Below, one piece after another: positions 11,201 to 21,291 of a stretch of DNA of 64,000 nt (position 1 is its first letter; the number at the start of each line of letters is the position of its first letter). The notes below the pieces were generated by a model, which was not told the DNA's origin, made no database searches, and saw nothing but the letters and a program-made list of their open reading frames with translations. Location: NCBI GenBank assembly GCA_040386535.1, contig JAZKFH010000003.1, positions 128,001 through 192,000 on the forward strand, in the 5' to 3' direction. A program made the translations under genes and the position numbers. The DNA is from Myxococcota bacterium (GTDB taxonomy: Bacteria; Myxococcota_A; UBA796; SXON01).

Positions 11201-11599
11201 GTGATCCTCGGGCCGGTCACCGGTAGCGGCGATCTCGACGCCGAGATCACCCTCCTCGGCGAGGCCGCCAACGACGGCGCGGGGGAAGCTGTGGCCCTCG
11301 GAGACCTCGACGACGACGGCTTCGCGGACGTGGTCGTGAGCGGCTACGGCAGCGCGCACGGCACCACGGGCGCCGTCTGGACCGCGTACGGCCCGTTGGC
11401 GGGCGTCTTGTCCCTCGCCGACGCCGAGTCCGTCGCCCTCGGCGAGGACACGAACGACCACGCGGGCAACGCGGTCCGCGTCGCGGGCGACGTGGATGGC
11501 GACGGCTACCCCGACCTGCTCGCGGCGGCCGTCGATGAGGACAGCGCCGCTGCCGACGCGGGCGCTGTCTACCTGCTGGGTGGAGGGCCGGGGCTGTAG
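8288..11599 (+). CDS. Large lipoprotein with about 10 MopE-like repeats and an FG-GAP beta-propeller
   Basis: Lipobox ALSGC; ten DxDxDG..DCDD..E.C..D.DCDG units; FG-GAP blades; ATGA overlap with the upstream gene. Confidence 0.88.
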   Translation: MRARATRSLVTRHLALGAWLGALALSGCEWVRLPEETGVYDLDEDGWSSLNDCDDFNKNAFPQAHETCNGVDNNCSGSEDDAEDAALWYADLDSDGYGDPGASTFACDAPPGYVDSPMDCDDGDRDVYPTAPERDCADPKDYNCDGSPSSFDGDGDGWRGCEDCNDVVSTVFPGAPEACNGADDDCDGIVDNMDGGDDAPLRTWWLDADADGWGGPDVSVEACGRPTGFSATDTDCDDLDATRHPDAPEACDGDDNDCDGVVDEPDRFGNTRWYADVDQDGYGDDDAWESSCEPLPDRLAVAGDCDDADPAINPDAVEICDGVDQDCDAVTDDHATDRAPWYMDRDRDSWGDPEVVVFACLQPTNFVENDGDCDDDDVRVNPDASERCGGVDEDCDGELDEAGALDGLPWYADLDGDGWGDDADVESACAAVADRVALGGDCDDADTTFNPGALEIDCSDPADYNCDGSVGRADADGDGWIACQDCDDASTVRNPDATETCNELDDDCDGDTDEDAPGAVTWYADADGDGFGDAGGDGDESLAACEQPDGYVADETDCDDTDAAVSPDATERCGTPDDDDCDGEANRGASDCLDFYADMDEDNFGDGVACLCEAEAPYTASDDGDCDDADPTSHPDGVEVCGDGGDNDCDGLAPGCGVAGELALADAGAKLTGLGADDRFGSGVFSPGDLDGDGYADVLVGAPGADDGAADAGAVYLFSGPLPAAGTAADATSSWLGVTAGDGVGSALAAGDVDGDGVTDLVFGASLESSAGGTAGAVYLLRGPLAGGSLADADSRLLGTDAADNAGTSVAVLDDADLDGDGELAVGAHRETFRSGGAGVVYVFDAVPSGGSSLDAAAVAILTGGGAGDFFGRAVTAAGDLDGDGLGDLAVGAYGAGSGGGDSGAVYVYLGPYAGLVPVASADAVRVGASGGDSAGFAVAGGGDVDRDGYDDLVVGALSNDEGGRGAGAAYVILGPVTGSGDLDAEITLLGEAANDGAGEAVALGDLDDDGFADVVVSGYGSAHGTTGAVWTAYGPLAGVLSLADAESVALGEDTNDHAGNAVRVAGDVDGDGYPDLLAAAVDEDSAAADAGAVYLLGGGPGL

Positions 11600-11617
11600 C
11601 CCCCGCCCCACGACTCC

Positions 11618-13153
11618 CTACTTCCGCTGCTTCTTCCGGGCCTTGCGCGCGTCCTTCGTCTTGGCCCGGCGCGCGGCCAAGTCTTCCTTGGAGAAGGCCG
11701 GGAGCAGGGGCATCCCGCCCTCCCCGCCGACGCCAGCGCCCATGCCCATCGCGCCGGCGCCGCCGCCCAGCCCGCTGGCCTGCGCCATCTGCGCCATCTG
11801 GCGCTGCATCTGCTTGGCCTGCTTCATGTTGCCGAACATGCCGGACATGGTGCCGACCTGCTTCATCATCTGGCGGGTCATCTTGAAGCGCTCGTAGAGC
11901 TCCTTGACCTCCTGGAAGCTGCGGCCGGAGCCCTTCGCGATGCGCTTCATCCGCGAGTCGTTCAGCTTGTCCGGGAAATGACGCTCCTGGTTCGTCATCG
12001 ACTGGATCATGGCCTCGACCTTGACGAGCTCGTTGTCGTCGAGCGCCTCGGCGGGCACCTGCGACATGATCTCGTCCATGAAGGGCAGCTTCGCCATCAC
12101 GTCCTTGAGGCTGCCCATGGATTTGATCATCTTGAGCTGCTGCGCGAAGTCGTCGAAGGAGAAGTCCCCCTTCAACATCCGCACGGCGTCCTTCTCGGCA
12201 GTCTCCTTGTCGATGACCTGCTCAAAATCCTTCATCAGGCCGACAACGTCGCCGAACCCGAGGATGCGGCTCGCGAGGCCGGCCGGGCGGAACTCCTCGA
12301 GCTTGTCGAGCCCCTCGCCCATGCCGAGGAACATCACGGGCTTGCCGGTGACGTGCTTGATCGAGAGGGCGGCGCCGCCACGAGCGTCACCGTCGAACTT
12401 GGTCAGCACGAACCCGGTGAAGGCGAGCCGGCGTTCGAACTCGGCGGCGGTGCGGACGGCGTCCTGGCCGATCATCGCGTCGCACACGAACAGCACGTTC
12501 TGCGGGTTGGTCTTCGCCTTGATCTCGTCGAGCTCGGTCATCAACGTCTCGTCGAGCGCGAGGCGCCCGGCGGTGTCGAAGATGACGACGTCGCGCCCGA
12601 TGTTGCGCGCCTGGGTGACCGCGGCGGTGCAGAGCTGCACCGGGTTCATCCCCTTGATGGAGAAGACCGGCACGTTGAGCTTGCGCCCGATGGTCGTGAG
12701 CTGATCGACGGCGGCGGGCCGGTAGATGTCGGCCGCCACGAGCAGCGGCTTCTTCCCGAGCTTGGCGAGGTGCCGCGCGAGCTTGCCGGCGGTCGTCGTC
12801 TTGCCGGAGCCCTGGAGCCCCACCATCATGATGATCGTGGGCTTGCCGTCCAGCGAGAGCTGCACGTCGGCGGGGCCCATGAGCTCCTCGAGCTCGTCGT
12901 AGCAGGCCTTGATGAAGTAATCGGCTGGCCCGACCTGGAACCCCTTGGGCGCCTTGATCTGGACCACCTTGCCGAGGGTGCGCTCCTTGACGCGCTGGAG
13001 GAAGGCCTTGACGACGTCGAGCTCGACGTCGGCTTCGATGAGCGACACGCGCACATCGCGGAGGGCGTCGGAGACCGACTCCTCCGAGAGCTCGGCCTTG
13101 CCCTGGAGCTTGAGGCGAGCGTTACGGAATCCGCGAGAGAGGGTTTCGAGCAT
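11618..13153 (-). CDS. ffh: Signal recognition particle protein Ffh
   Basis: GLQGSGKTTT, DIYRPAA, DTAGR, TKFDGDARGG and Met-rich M domain; start MLETLS at 13153. Confidence 0.97.
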   Translation of the reverse strand: MLETLSRGFRNARLKLQGKAELSEESVSDALRDVRVSLIEADVELDVVKAFLQRVKERTLGKVVQIKAPKGFQVGPADYFIKACYDELEELMGPADVQLSLDGKPTIIMMVGLQGSGKTTTAGKLARHLAKLGKKPLLVAADIYRPAAVDQLTTIGRKLNVPVFSIKGMNPVQLCTAAVTQARNIGRDVVIFDTAGRLALDETLMTELDEIKAKTNPQNVLFVCDAMIGQDAVRTAAEFERRLAFTGFVLTKFDGDARGGAALSIKHVTGKPVMFLGMGEGLDKLEEFRPAGLASRILGFGDVVGLMKDFEQVIDKETAEKDAVRMLKGDFSFDDFAQQLKMIKSMGSLKDVMAKLPFMDEIMSQVPAEALDDNELVKVEAMIQSMTNQERHFPDKLNDSRMKRIAKGSGRSFQEVKELYERFKMTRQMMKQVGTMSGMFGNMKQAKQMQRQMAQMAQASGLGGGAGAMGMGAGVGGEGGMPLLPAFSKEDLAARRAKTKDARKARKKQRK

Positions 13154-13189
13154 GCGCGCGTCTAACCGGTCACGGTTAGGGACGGCACC

Positions 13190-13531
13190 ATGCAGATCGA
13201 AGAGCATCGCTTCCGTCAGATCGTCGTCACCGCCCTCAAGAACATCGCCCACGAGGTCGACGCGATCGATTCGGACGACCTCGACCCCAAGCTGACCGAC
13301 GGCGTCTTCCAGGTCGACTTCGAAACAGGCGGGGTCTTCGTGCTTTCCCAGCAGGTGCCAGTGCGCGAACTGTGGCTCTCCGCCTTCTCCAAGGCGTGGC
13401 ACTTCCGCTACGAGGCCGGGGCCTGGTTCGAGCGGGACACCAACCAGCCGCTGGAGAAGGTGCTCTCCGAGCTGTTCACCAAGCGCCTCGGCAAGCCGAT
13501 CCAGCTGACGAACCCCGGGCCCGCCGCGTAG
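13190..13531 (+). CDS. cyaY: Iron donor protein CyaY (frataxin family)
   Basis: DGVFQVDF..GGVFVLSQQVPVRELWLS...WHF pattern; 113 aa. Confidence 0.85.
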   Translation: MQIEEHRFRQIVVTALKNIAHEVDAIDSDDLDPKLTDGVFQVDFETGGVFVLSQQVPVRELWLSAFSKAWHFRYEAGAWFERDTNQPLEKVLSELFTKRLGKPIQLTNPGPAA

Positions 13532-14422
13532 GTGCCCCGCGCGCGCGCCAACGGCCTCGAGCTCGAGTACGACAGCTTCGGCGAGGGCCCGGCCATCGTG
13601 CTCGTGATGGGCATCGCCACCCAGATGATCTTCTGGGACGTGGCGTTCTGTCAGGCGCTGGCGGCCCGCGGCTTCCGGGTCATCCGGTTCGACAACCGCG
13701 ACATCGGCTTGTCCACGCACCTCACGGACGCGGGCATCCCTGACCTGCCCCGGCTCGTGGCCCGCGCGATGATGGGCCTCCCGGTGGCGGCGCCCTACAC
13801 CTTGTCCGACATGGCGGCCGACCTCGTGGGCCTCCTCGACGCGCTCGACCTCGAACGCGCCCACATCGTCGGCATCTCGATGGGCGGGATGATCGCGCAG
13901 CACGTCGCCATCGAGGCGCCGGAGCGGGTGGCGTCGCTGACCTCGCTGATGTCGACGGCGGGGGGCCGCCGCCACCTCATCGGCCAGCCGCGCGCGCTCT
14001 CGGCGTTCCTCGGCGCCCGCCCGAAGGGCCGCGAGGAGGGCGCGGAGTTCGTCGTCAAGCTGTTCCGCGTGCTCAACGGCGCGGGGGTCCCCTTCCCCGA
14101 GGCCGAGATCCGCGCCCGGGCCGAAGAAGCCGTGGCCCGGTCGTGGCACCCCGAGGGCTTCCCGCGCCACCTCGCCGCGATCCTCGCCTCCGGCAACCGC
14201 ACACCGGCGCTCGCCCGCGTACGCGTGCCGACCCTGGTCCTCCACGGCGCCGAGGACCCCCTGATCCCCGTGGCCGCGGGCATCGCGACCGCGCGCGCGA
14301 TCCCCAACGCGGCGATGCGCGTGGTCCCGGGCATGGGGCACTCCCTGCCGCCGGCGGTGTGGCCGGAGGTACTCGACGCCTTGGTCGAACACGCCCACGG
14401 CGCCGAGCGCGCGATCCGCTGA
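13532..14422 (+). CDS. Alpha/beta fold hydrolase
   Basis: RFDNRDIGLS, nucleophile elbow GISMGG, HGAEDPL, GMGH. Confidence 0.9.
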   Translation: MPRARANGLELEYDSFGEGPAIVLVMGIATQMIFWDVAFCQALAARGFRVIRFDNRDIGLSTHLTDAGIPDLPRLVARAMMGLPVAAPYTLSDMAADLVGLLDALDLERAHIVGISMGGMIAQHVAIEAPERVASLTSLMSTAGGRRHLIGQPRALSAFLGARPKGREEGAEFVVKLFRVLNGAGVPFPEAEIRARAEEAVARSWHPEGFPRHLAAILASGNRTPALARVRVPTLVLHGAEDPLIPVAAGIATARAIPNAAMRVVPGMGHSLPPAVWPEVLDALVEHAHGAERAIR

Positions 14423-14441
14423 CCGGCGTCCACAGGGCAGC

Positions 14442-14882
14442 CTACGAGCGCCCCGTGCTCCCGAACCCGCGGTCGCCGCGGTGCCCGTCCGGCAGCTCGG
14501 CCACGACGCGCAGCTCCACCAGCGGCACCGGCGCGAACAGGATCTGCGCGATGCGCTCGCCGCGGGTGACCACGAAAGGCGCGGGCCCGTGGTTGATCAG
14601 CGGCACCTTGATCTCGCCGCGGTAGTCGGCGTCGATCGTGCCCGGCGCGTTGAGCACGGTCACGCCGTGTTTCGCCGCGAGCCCGGACCGAGGCCGCACC
14701 TGGCCCTCCCACCCGTCCGGGATGGCCAGGGCGATCCCCGTCGGGACCACCACCCACGCGCCGGCGGGGATCGTGAGATCCTCCGCGGCACGAAGATCGA
14801 AGCCCGCGGAGCCGGGGGTGGCTCGCGCGGGCAGCGGGAGGCCCTCCCCATGGGGGAGGACCTTCACGTCGATCACCAGCAT
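14442..14882 (-). CDS. dut: dUTP diphosphatase
   Basis: [40 protein letters not shown]. Confidence 0.97.
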   Translation of the reverse strand: MLVIDVKVLPHGEGLPLPARATPGSAGFDLRAAEDLTIPAGAWVVVPTGIALAIPDGWEGQVRPRSGLAAKHGVTVLNAPGTIDADYRGEIKVPLINHGPAPFVVTRGERIAQILFAPVPLVELRVVAELPDGHRGDRGFGSTGRS

Positions 14883-14916
14883 TCAGGCTCCAAGCGGTCT
14901 CGGAGGCCCGAGGAGA

Positions 14917-17025
14917 CTAGGTGTCCTCGAGCGCTTCCTTGCGGGACAGGCGGATCTTGCCGGCCTTGTCGATGTCGATCACGCGGACGAGCACCTCGTC
15001 GCCCTCGTTCACCACGTCGGTGACCTTGTTGACGCGCTCCTTGGCGAGGTGGCTGATGTGCACCAGGCCGTCCGTACCGGGGAAGATCTCGACGAAGGCG
15101 CCGAAGTCGGTGACGCGCTTGACCACGCCCACGTACAGCTTGCCGATCTCGGCTTCCGCCGTGATCTCGCGGATCATCGCGATGCACTTGGCGGCCATGA
15201 CCTGGTCGGTCGAGGCCACGTCGACCTTGCCGGAGTCATCGACCGTGATGCGGCAGCCGGTCTTGTCCTGCAGGCCGCGGATCACCTTGCCACCCGGCCC
15301 GATGAGCTCGCGGATCTTGTCGGACTTGATGTGGATCGTCGTGATGCGCGGGGCGTAGATCGACAGCTCGGGACGGGTCGCGGGGAGCGACTTCGCCATC
15401 TCGGCGAGGATGTGGAGCCGGCCCTCGCGCGCCTGGGCGAGCGCGCGGGACATGACCTCACGGGGCACGCCCGAGATCTTCGTGTCCATCTGGAACGCGG
15501 TGATGCCGGTCGTCGTGCCGGTCACCTTGAAGTCCATGTCGCCGAGGTGATCCTCGTCGCCGAGGATGTCGGAGAGGACCGCGAACTCGTCGCCTTCCTT
15601 CACGAGGCCCATCGCGATGCCGGCCACCGCCGCCTTGATCGGCACGCCCGCGTCCATGAGGGCGAGCGTGCTGCCGCACACCGACGCCATCGACGAGGAG
15701 CCGTTGGACTCGAGCACGTCACAGGTCGACCGGATGACGTAGGGGAACGCCTCCTGGGCGGGCATGACGTACTGGAGCGCGCGGTGCGCGAGCGCGCCGT
15801 GGCCGATCTCGCGGCGCTTGGGGCCGCGCATCGGGTAGGCCTCGCCGGTGCAGAACGGCGGGAAGTTGTAGGTCAACATCCAGCGGCGGAAGCTGCCGAA
15901 CGAGCCGGCCGAGTCGATGCGCTGCGCGTCGTCTTCCGTGCCGAGCGCCACGACCACGAGGGCCTGGGTCTCACCGCGGGTGAAGATCGCCGAGCCGTGC
16001 GCGCGGGGGGAGACACCCACCTCGCACCAGATGGGGCGGATCTCGTCGGTCGCGCGGCCGTCGATGCGGATGCCCTTCTCGATGACGCGCTTGCGCATCT
16101 CGGTCTTGACGATCTTGTCGACCACGTCGGAGGCCTGGGCGCCGACGGCGGCGGCGAGGGTCTCGTCCGCGATGCCGGAGGTCGCGGCGGCGACGCCGGC
16201 GACCTTGGCTGCCTTGAACGCGTCACGGCGCTCGGTCTTGCCCGCGACCTCGAGGGCGGCTTGCACGGCGGGGACGGCCACGGCCTTGACCTTCTCGGCC
16301 ACGGCGGCGTCGATGGCGGCGGGCGCCGGGGCGTCGCGCTTGGCCTTGCTGCCGGTCTTGGCGCGGAGCTCGTCGATCGCGGCGCAGATCTTCTTGATCT
16401 CGCCGTGGGCGAGATCGAGCGCGTCCATCATCGCGGCCTCGGAGACCTCCTTGCCGCCACCCTCGACCATGCACACCGAGTCGGACGTGCCGGCGACGAC
16501 GAGGCTCATGTCGGCGAGATCGATCTGCTCGCGGGTCGGGTTGACGATGAACGCCCCCTCGACCCGGCTGACGCGGACACCGGCGCAGGATTGCTTGGCC
16601 GGGATGTCGGACACGTGGAGCGCGGCGGAGGCGCCAGCGATCGAGAGCACGTCGGTCTCGTTGGCGGGGTCGAACGAAACGACGGTCGCGATGACCTGGG
16701 TCTCGTAGCGCCAGGTCTTCGGGAAGAGCGGGCGGATCGGGCGGTCGATGACGCGGCTCACGAGCGTCTCGCGCTCGTTGGCGCGGCCCTCGCGCTTGAA
16801 GAACCCGCCGGGGATCTTGCCGTAGGCGCCGGTGCGATCCATGTACTCGCACGTGAGCGGCATGAAGTCGAAGCGGGTCGGCGCGGTGCCGGCCGTGGCC
16901 GTGCAGAGCACGATGGAGTCGCCCTGGCGGATGGTGACCGCGCCGTGCGCCTGCTTGGCGTACTTGCCGGTCTCGATGATGATGTCGCGGCCGCCGATCT
17001 CGACGGTGACGGAATGGATATCCAT
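14917..17025 (-). CDS. pnp: Polyribonucleotide nucleotidyltransferase (PNPase)
   Basis: [40 protein letters not shown] and S1 domains; start MDIHS at 17025 behind a GAGG SD. Confidence 0.98.
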   Translation of the reverse strand: MDIHSVTVEIGGRDIIIETGKYAKQAHGAVTIRQGDSIVLCTATAGTAPTRFDFMPLTCEYMDRTGAYGKIPGGFFKREGRANERETLVSRVIDRPIRPLFPKTWRYETQVIATVVSFDPANETDVLSIAGASAALHVSDIPAKQSCAGVRVSRVEGAFIVNPTREQIDLADMSLVVAGTSDSVCMVEGGGKEVSEAAMMDALDLAHGEIKKICAAIDELRAKTGSKAKRDAPAPAAIDAAVAEKVKAVAVPAVQAALEVAGKTERRDAFKAAKVAGVAAATSGIADETLAAAVGAQASDVVDKIVKTEMRKRVIEKGIRIDGRATDEIRPIWCEVGVSPRAHGSAIFTRGETQALVVVALGTEDDAQRIDSAGSFGSFRRWMLTYNFPPFCTGEAYPMRGPKRREIGHGALAHRALQYVMPAQEAFPYVIRSTCDVLESNGSSSMASVCGSTLALMDAGVPIKAAVAGIAMGLVKEGDEFAVLSDILGDEDHLGDMDFKVTGTTTGITAFQMDTKISGVPREVMSRALAQAREGRLHILAEMAKSLPATRPELSIYAPRITTIHIKSDKIRELIGPGGKVIRGLQDKTGCRITVDDSGKVDVASTDQVMAAKCIAMIREITAEAEIGKLYVGVVKRVTDFGAFVEIFPGTDGLVHISHLAKERVNKVTDVVNEGDEVLVRVIDIDKAGKIRLSRKEALEDT

Positions 17026-17104
17026 GAAAAAACCTCGTTGGGATGGCCACGATCGATGTGATCGGGCCGTGCTGCGCGCTCCGGTTCGTCCGGGCGCGCG
17101 GGGA

Positions 17105-17246
17105 TCCCCACCGTGAAGGTTCTTTCGGTCCACATGCGCCGTAGACCTGCCCGGAATGAGCTCGAGCCAGGCACCATCCCAATTGATGGTGTGGCCGCGC
17201 TCAGCCCGCGGAGATCTGCGGAGCGGAAGAACCCCTCGGAGGGGGA
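17105..17246 (-). promoter_or_regulatory. Long rod-like hairpin in the pnp 5' leader (candidate RNase III processing stem)
   Basis: Manual pairing: GGGGUUCUUCCGCUCCGCA with UGUGGACCGAAAGAACCUU; UGAGC/GCUCA; apical CACCAUC/GAUGGUG. Confidence 0.6.
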
Positions 17247-17275
17247 AAACTGAAGCTGTACGTACAGCAGACTCT

Positions 17276-17306
17276 AAAAGAACGAACGGCAGCCGAAGCT
17301 GCCGTT
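17276..17306 (-). terminator. Intrinsic terminator after rpsO
   Basis: AACGGCAGC-UUCG-GCUGCCGUU 9-bp stem followed by CGUUCUUUU. Confidence 0.75.
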
Positions 17307-17310
17307 TCCT

Positions 17311-17583
17311 TTACTTGGCGCGGAGACCCAGTCGGGCCACCACACTGTCGTAGCGCGTCCGGTCGATGCCCTTGAGGTACCGGAGGAGGCGGCGACGCTG
17401 GCCGACCATCTTCAGGAGGCCGCGACGCGAGTGGTGGTCCTTCGCGTGGTCCTTGAAGTGGGGCTGGAGGTAGTTGATGCGCTCGGTGAGCAGCGCGACC
17501 TGGACTTCGGGGGATCCAGCGTCGACTTCGTTGATGCGGAACTGCGCGATGATCTCGGTCTTGCGCTCGTCGGTCATGGCCAT
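17311..17583 (-). CDS. rpsO: 30S ribosomal protein S15
   Basis: [44 protein letters not shown]. Confidence 0.98.
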   Translation of the reverse strand: MAMTDERKTEIIAQFRINEVDAGSPEVQVALLTERINYLQPHFKDHAKDHHSRRGLLKMVGQRRRLLRYLKGIDRTRYDSVVARLGLRAK

Positions 17584-17604
17584 GTCGATTTCTCCTTGGA
17601 TACG

Positions 17605-17687
17605 TCACCGCGGCCGGGTGGGCATGGCCTGACACGGTTCGCCGGTTGGCCGGCAAGTGGTCGTGTCATCCCGCCCGGTTGCAGTGA
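17605..17687 (-). promoter_or_regulatory. Structured rpsO 5' leader (candidate S15 autoregulatory RNA)
   Basis: Nested stems UCACUGC/GCGGUGA, CCGGG/CCCGG, UGACACG/CGUGUCA, GCCGG-CCAA-CCGGC, ending just upstream of the SD. Confidence 0.55.
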
Positions 17688-17702
17688 TCGGGTTCGCGGC
17701 GG

Positions 17703-17731
17703 CAAGTAGCCCATTGGATACGCCGCGTCAA
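17703..17731 (-). promoter_or_regulatory. Putative primary-sigma promoter of rpsO
   Basis: TTGACG-N17-TACTTG. Confidence 0.5.
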
Positions 17732-17801
17732 GGGTTCGCGGGTACGAGCCGTCCGTACGCACGCGGCCGCGCCGGGCGACGACAACCGGGGGCACATCGG
17801 C

Positions 17802-18482
17802 CTATCCCTCGTCCCGCGTCAGGTCGGGCCGCAGCGCCGCGGTGCGCGCGCGCGCCTGCTCCTTGCGCCACGCGTCGACCCGCCCGTGGTTGCCGGAGAG
17901 CAGGATGTCGGGCACGAGCCAACCTCGGTGCTCGCGGGGCCGCGTGTAATGCGGGTACTCGAGGGTGCCGGCCGCCGAGAAGGACTCGTCGGTGGCGCTC
18001 GTGGCGTTTCCGAGCACGCCCGGGAGGAGCCGCGCGGTCGCATCGACCACGACGAGCGCCGCGTACTCCCCGCCGGTGAGCACGTAGTCACCGATGGAGA
18101 CGGTCTCGTCCACGAGGTGCTCACGCACGCGCGCGTCGATGCCTTCGTAGTGGCCACACACCAGCACGAGGTGCGGGAGCGTTGCGAATCGCTCCGCCAT
18201 GCGCTGGTCGAAGCGTGTGCCCGACGGCTCGAACAGCACCACGTGGCTGTCGGGGCGGCGCACGGCGGCGATCGCGGGATCCAGCACGTCCACCCGCATC
18301 ACCATGCCGCTACCCCCGCCGAAGGGAGCATCGTCCACCGTGCGGTGGCGCCCGATGCCGTGGGCGCGGATGTCGTGCACGCCGAGCTCGACGTGGCCGG
18401 CGTCCAACGCGCGGCCGATCATCGAATGCCGCAGCGGCCCTTCCACCATGTCGGGGAAGAGCGTCAACACGTCGAACCGCAT
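17802..18482 (-). CDS. trmD: tRNA (guanine-N1)-methyltransferase TrmD
   Basis: MRFDVLTLFP, VDDAPFGGGSGMVM, CGHYEGID, SIGDYVLTGGE, LEYPHYTRP, LLSGNH. Confidence 0.97.
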   Translation of the reverse strand: MRFDVLTLFPDMVEGPLRHSMIGRALDAGHVELGVHDIRAHGIGRHRTVDDAPFGGGSGMVMRVDVLDPAIAAVRRPDSHVVLFEPSGTRFDQRMAERFATLPHLVLVCGHYEGIDARVREHLVDETVSIGDYVLTGGEYAALVVVDATARLLPGVLGNATSATDESFSAAGTLEYPHYTRPREHRGWLVPDILLSGNHGRVDAWRKEQARARTAALRPDLTRDEG

Positions 18483-18991
18483 CACTCGCCCGTGCTCAGA
18501 GCCCCGACGGCGATGACGACGCGGCGCCCGGGTACGTCGACCGAGCGGACGTTCTCCGGCGAGGCGACGACGAACCCCTCCCCCGCGGTGGTGTCGAGCA
18601 CCCACACGTCCCGCTCCTGACCGGTCACCACGTCGGCGATTGTGCCGAGCGCGGCGCCCTCCTCGTCGAAGACGGGCAGGTCGATCAGATCGTGGATGTA
18701 GTACTCACCCTCGGCGGGGGGCGGGAGCACGGCGCGATCGACGACGATCGCCCAGCCCATCAGGCCGGCGGCGGCTTCGGGCGTGGTGACCCCTTCGATC
18801 TTCGCCAGCACGCGCTTGCCGGCGCCCGGGCGGGCGACGACCTTCACGTCCTTCCGTACGCCGGCCGGAGAGACCAGCGTGACGGTGCGGGCGCTGAACA
18901 ACGTCTCGCCCTCACGATGGTGCAGCATCACGCGCACCTCGCCATGGACGCCGAAGACGCCATTGACCTCGCCGAGGACGACCTCGTCCAG
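18482..18991 (-). CDS. rimM: Ribosome maturation factor RimM (probable CTG start at 18991)
   Basis: N-terminal VLGEVNGVFGVHGEVRV; LPPPAEGEYYIHDLIDL..LGTI; position between khpA and trmD. Confidence 0.88.
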   Translation of the reverse strand: MDEVVLGEVNGVFGVHGEVRVMLHHREGETLFSARTVTLVSPAGVRKDVKVVARPGAGKRVLAKIEGVTTPEAAAGLMGWAIVVDRAVLPPPAEGEYYIHDLIDLPVFDEEGAALGTIADVVTGQERDVWVLDTTAGEGFVVASPENVRSVDVPGRRVVIAVGALSTGE

Positions 18992-18994
18992 GGG

Positions 18995-19246
18995 TTACTC
19001 TTCGCCGCTGGAAGAGGCGCCGGGTGCGATCAGCTCGAGGACCGCCTTGCGGCGACCCGCGGCCGCGGAGAGGACCGTGCGGATCGCCCGCAACGTGTCA
19101 CCTTCCGGACCGTTGACACGAGCCACGTCCTCGGGCGCCACCGACAGCTCGATGAGCACGGAGGCCTCGCCTTCGACCGTATTCAACCGCACCGCGTCAG
19201 GCTTGCTGACGAGGCCACGGACGAGGTGGTCGACGACGGCCTTCAC
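18995..19246 (-). CDS. khpA: KH-domain protein (KhpA/YlqC family)
   Basis: [33 protein letters not shown]; position between rpsP and rimM. Confidence 0.8.
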   Translation of the reverse strand: MKAVVDHLVRGLVSKPDAVRLNTVEGEASVLIELSVAPEDVARVNGPEGDTLRAIRTVLSAAAGRRKAVLELIAPGASSSGEE

Positions 19247-19506
19247 GCCTGGCTCTCGACCGGGGGCGCTGCGGCGCGGGCCTTCTTGAGCAGGCTGCCG
19301 ACGGTCTCGGAGGGCTGGGCACCCTTCGAGAGCCAGTAGTCGGCGCGCGCGAGGTCGATGTTGACCACGGGGGGCTCGACCATCGGGTTGTAGTGCCCGA
19401 TCGACTCGATGCTGCGGCCATCGCGAGGGGAGCGGGAGTCAGAGACGACGACGCGGTAGAAGGGCTTCTTCTTGGCGCCGAGACGGGTAAGGCGAATGCG
19501 GACCAT
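19243..19506 (-). CDS. rpsP: 30S ribosomal protein S16
   Basis: [42 protein letters not shown]. Confidence 0.98.
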   Translation of the reverse strand: MVRIRLTRLGAKKKPFYRVVVSDSRSPRDGRSIESIGHYNPMVEPPVVNIDLARADYWLSKGAQPSETVGSLLKKARAAAPPVESQA

Positions 19507-19534
19507 TCAATCTTCCTGGGCTTGCGAGCCCGGG

Positions 19535-19563
19535 CCTTTATGGCCTCGGCACGTCGGCGTCAA
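19535..19563 (-). promoter_or_regulatory. Putative primary-sigma promoter of the rpsP operon
   Basis: TTGACG-N17-TAAAGG. Confidence 0.5.
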
Positions 19564-19641
19564 GCGCCTCGTGCCCTTCGGGCGGTGTTCTGTGGGTTCG
19601 ACGAGCGCCGTGGGCGCGCCCTCTCCCCCACCCGGGCGAAA

Positions 19642-21198
<1,557 letters not shown>

Positions 21199-21291
21199 AC
21201 GCACCTCCCTTCGGGAGCGCCCATGTAGCACGCGCACACGCTTGTGGTTCGGTCAGGGTGGCGGTACCGTGACGCGGTCGTAGGAGACCCC

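Noticed and set aside
8432..11611. Very long antisense ORFs (also 21253-24285, 38111-41248, 49325-52825, 14638-17061, 57824-59968 and others)
   Set aside because: They mirror well-supported genes on the opposite strand. This is expected in high-GC DNA with few stop codons, and they show no recognisable motifs.
13154..14398. 415-aa N-terminal extension of Ffh in the ORF track (similar extensions on the kinase, kelch, envC and pnp ORFs)
   Set aside because: These extensions overlap real genes or structured leaders, and the family-typical N-termini begin at downstream starts
17628..17641. GAACCGTGTCAGG on the minus strand resembles part of SRP RNA, and ffh is nearby
   Set aside because: The following conserved GGAA tetraloop/AGCAG segment is absent; it is better explained as part of the rpsO leader
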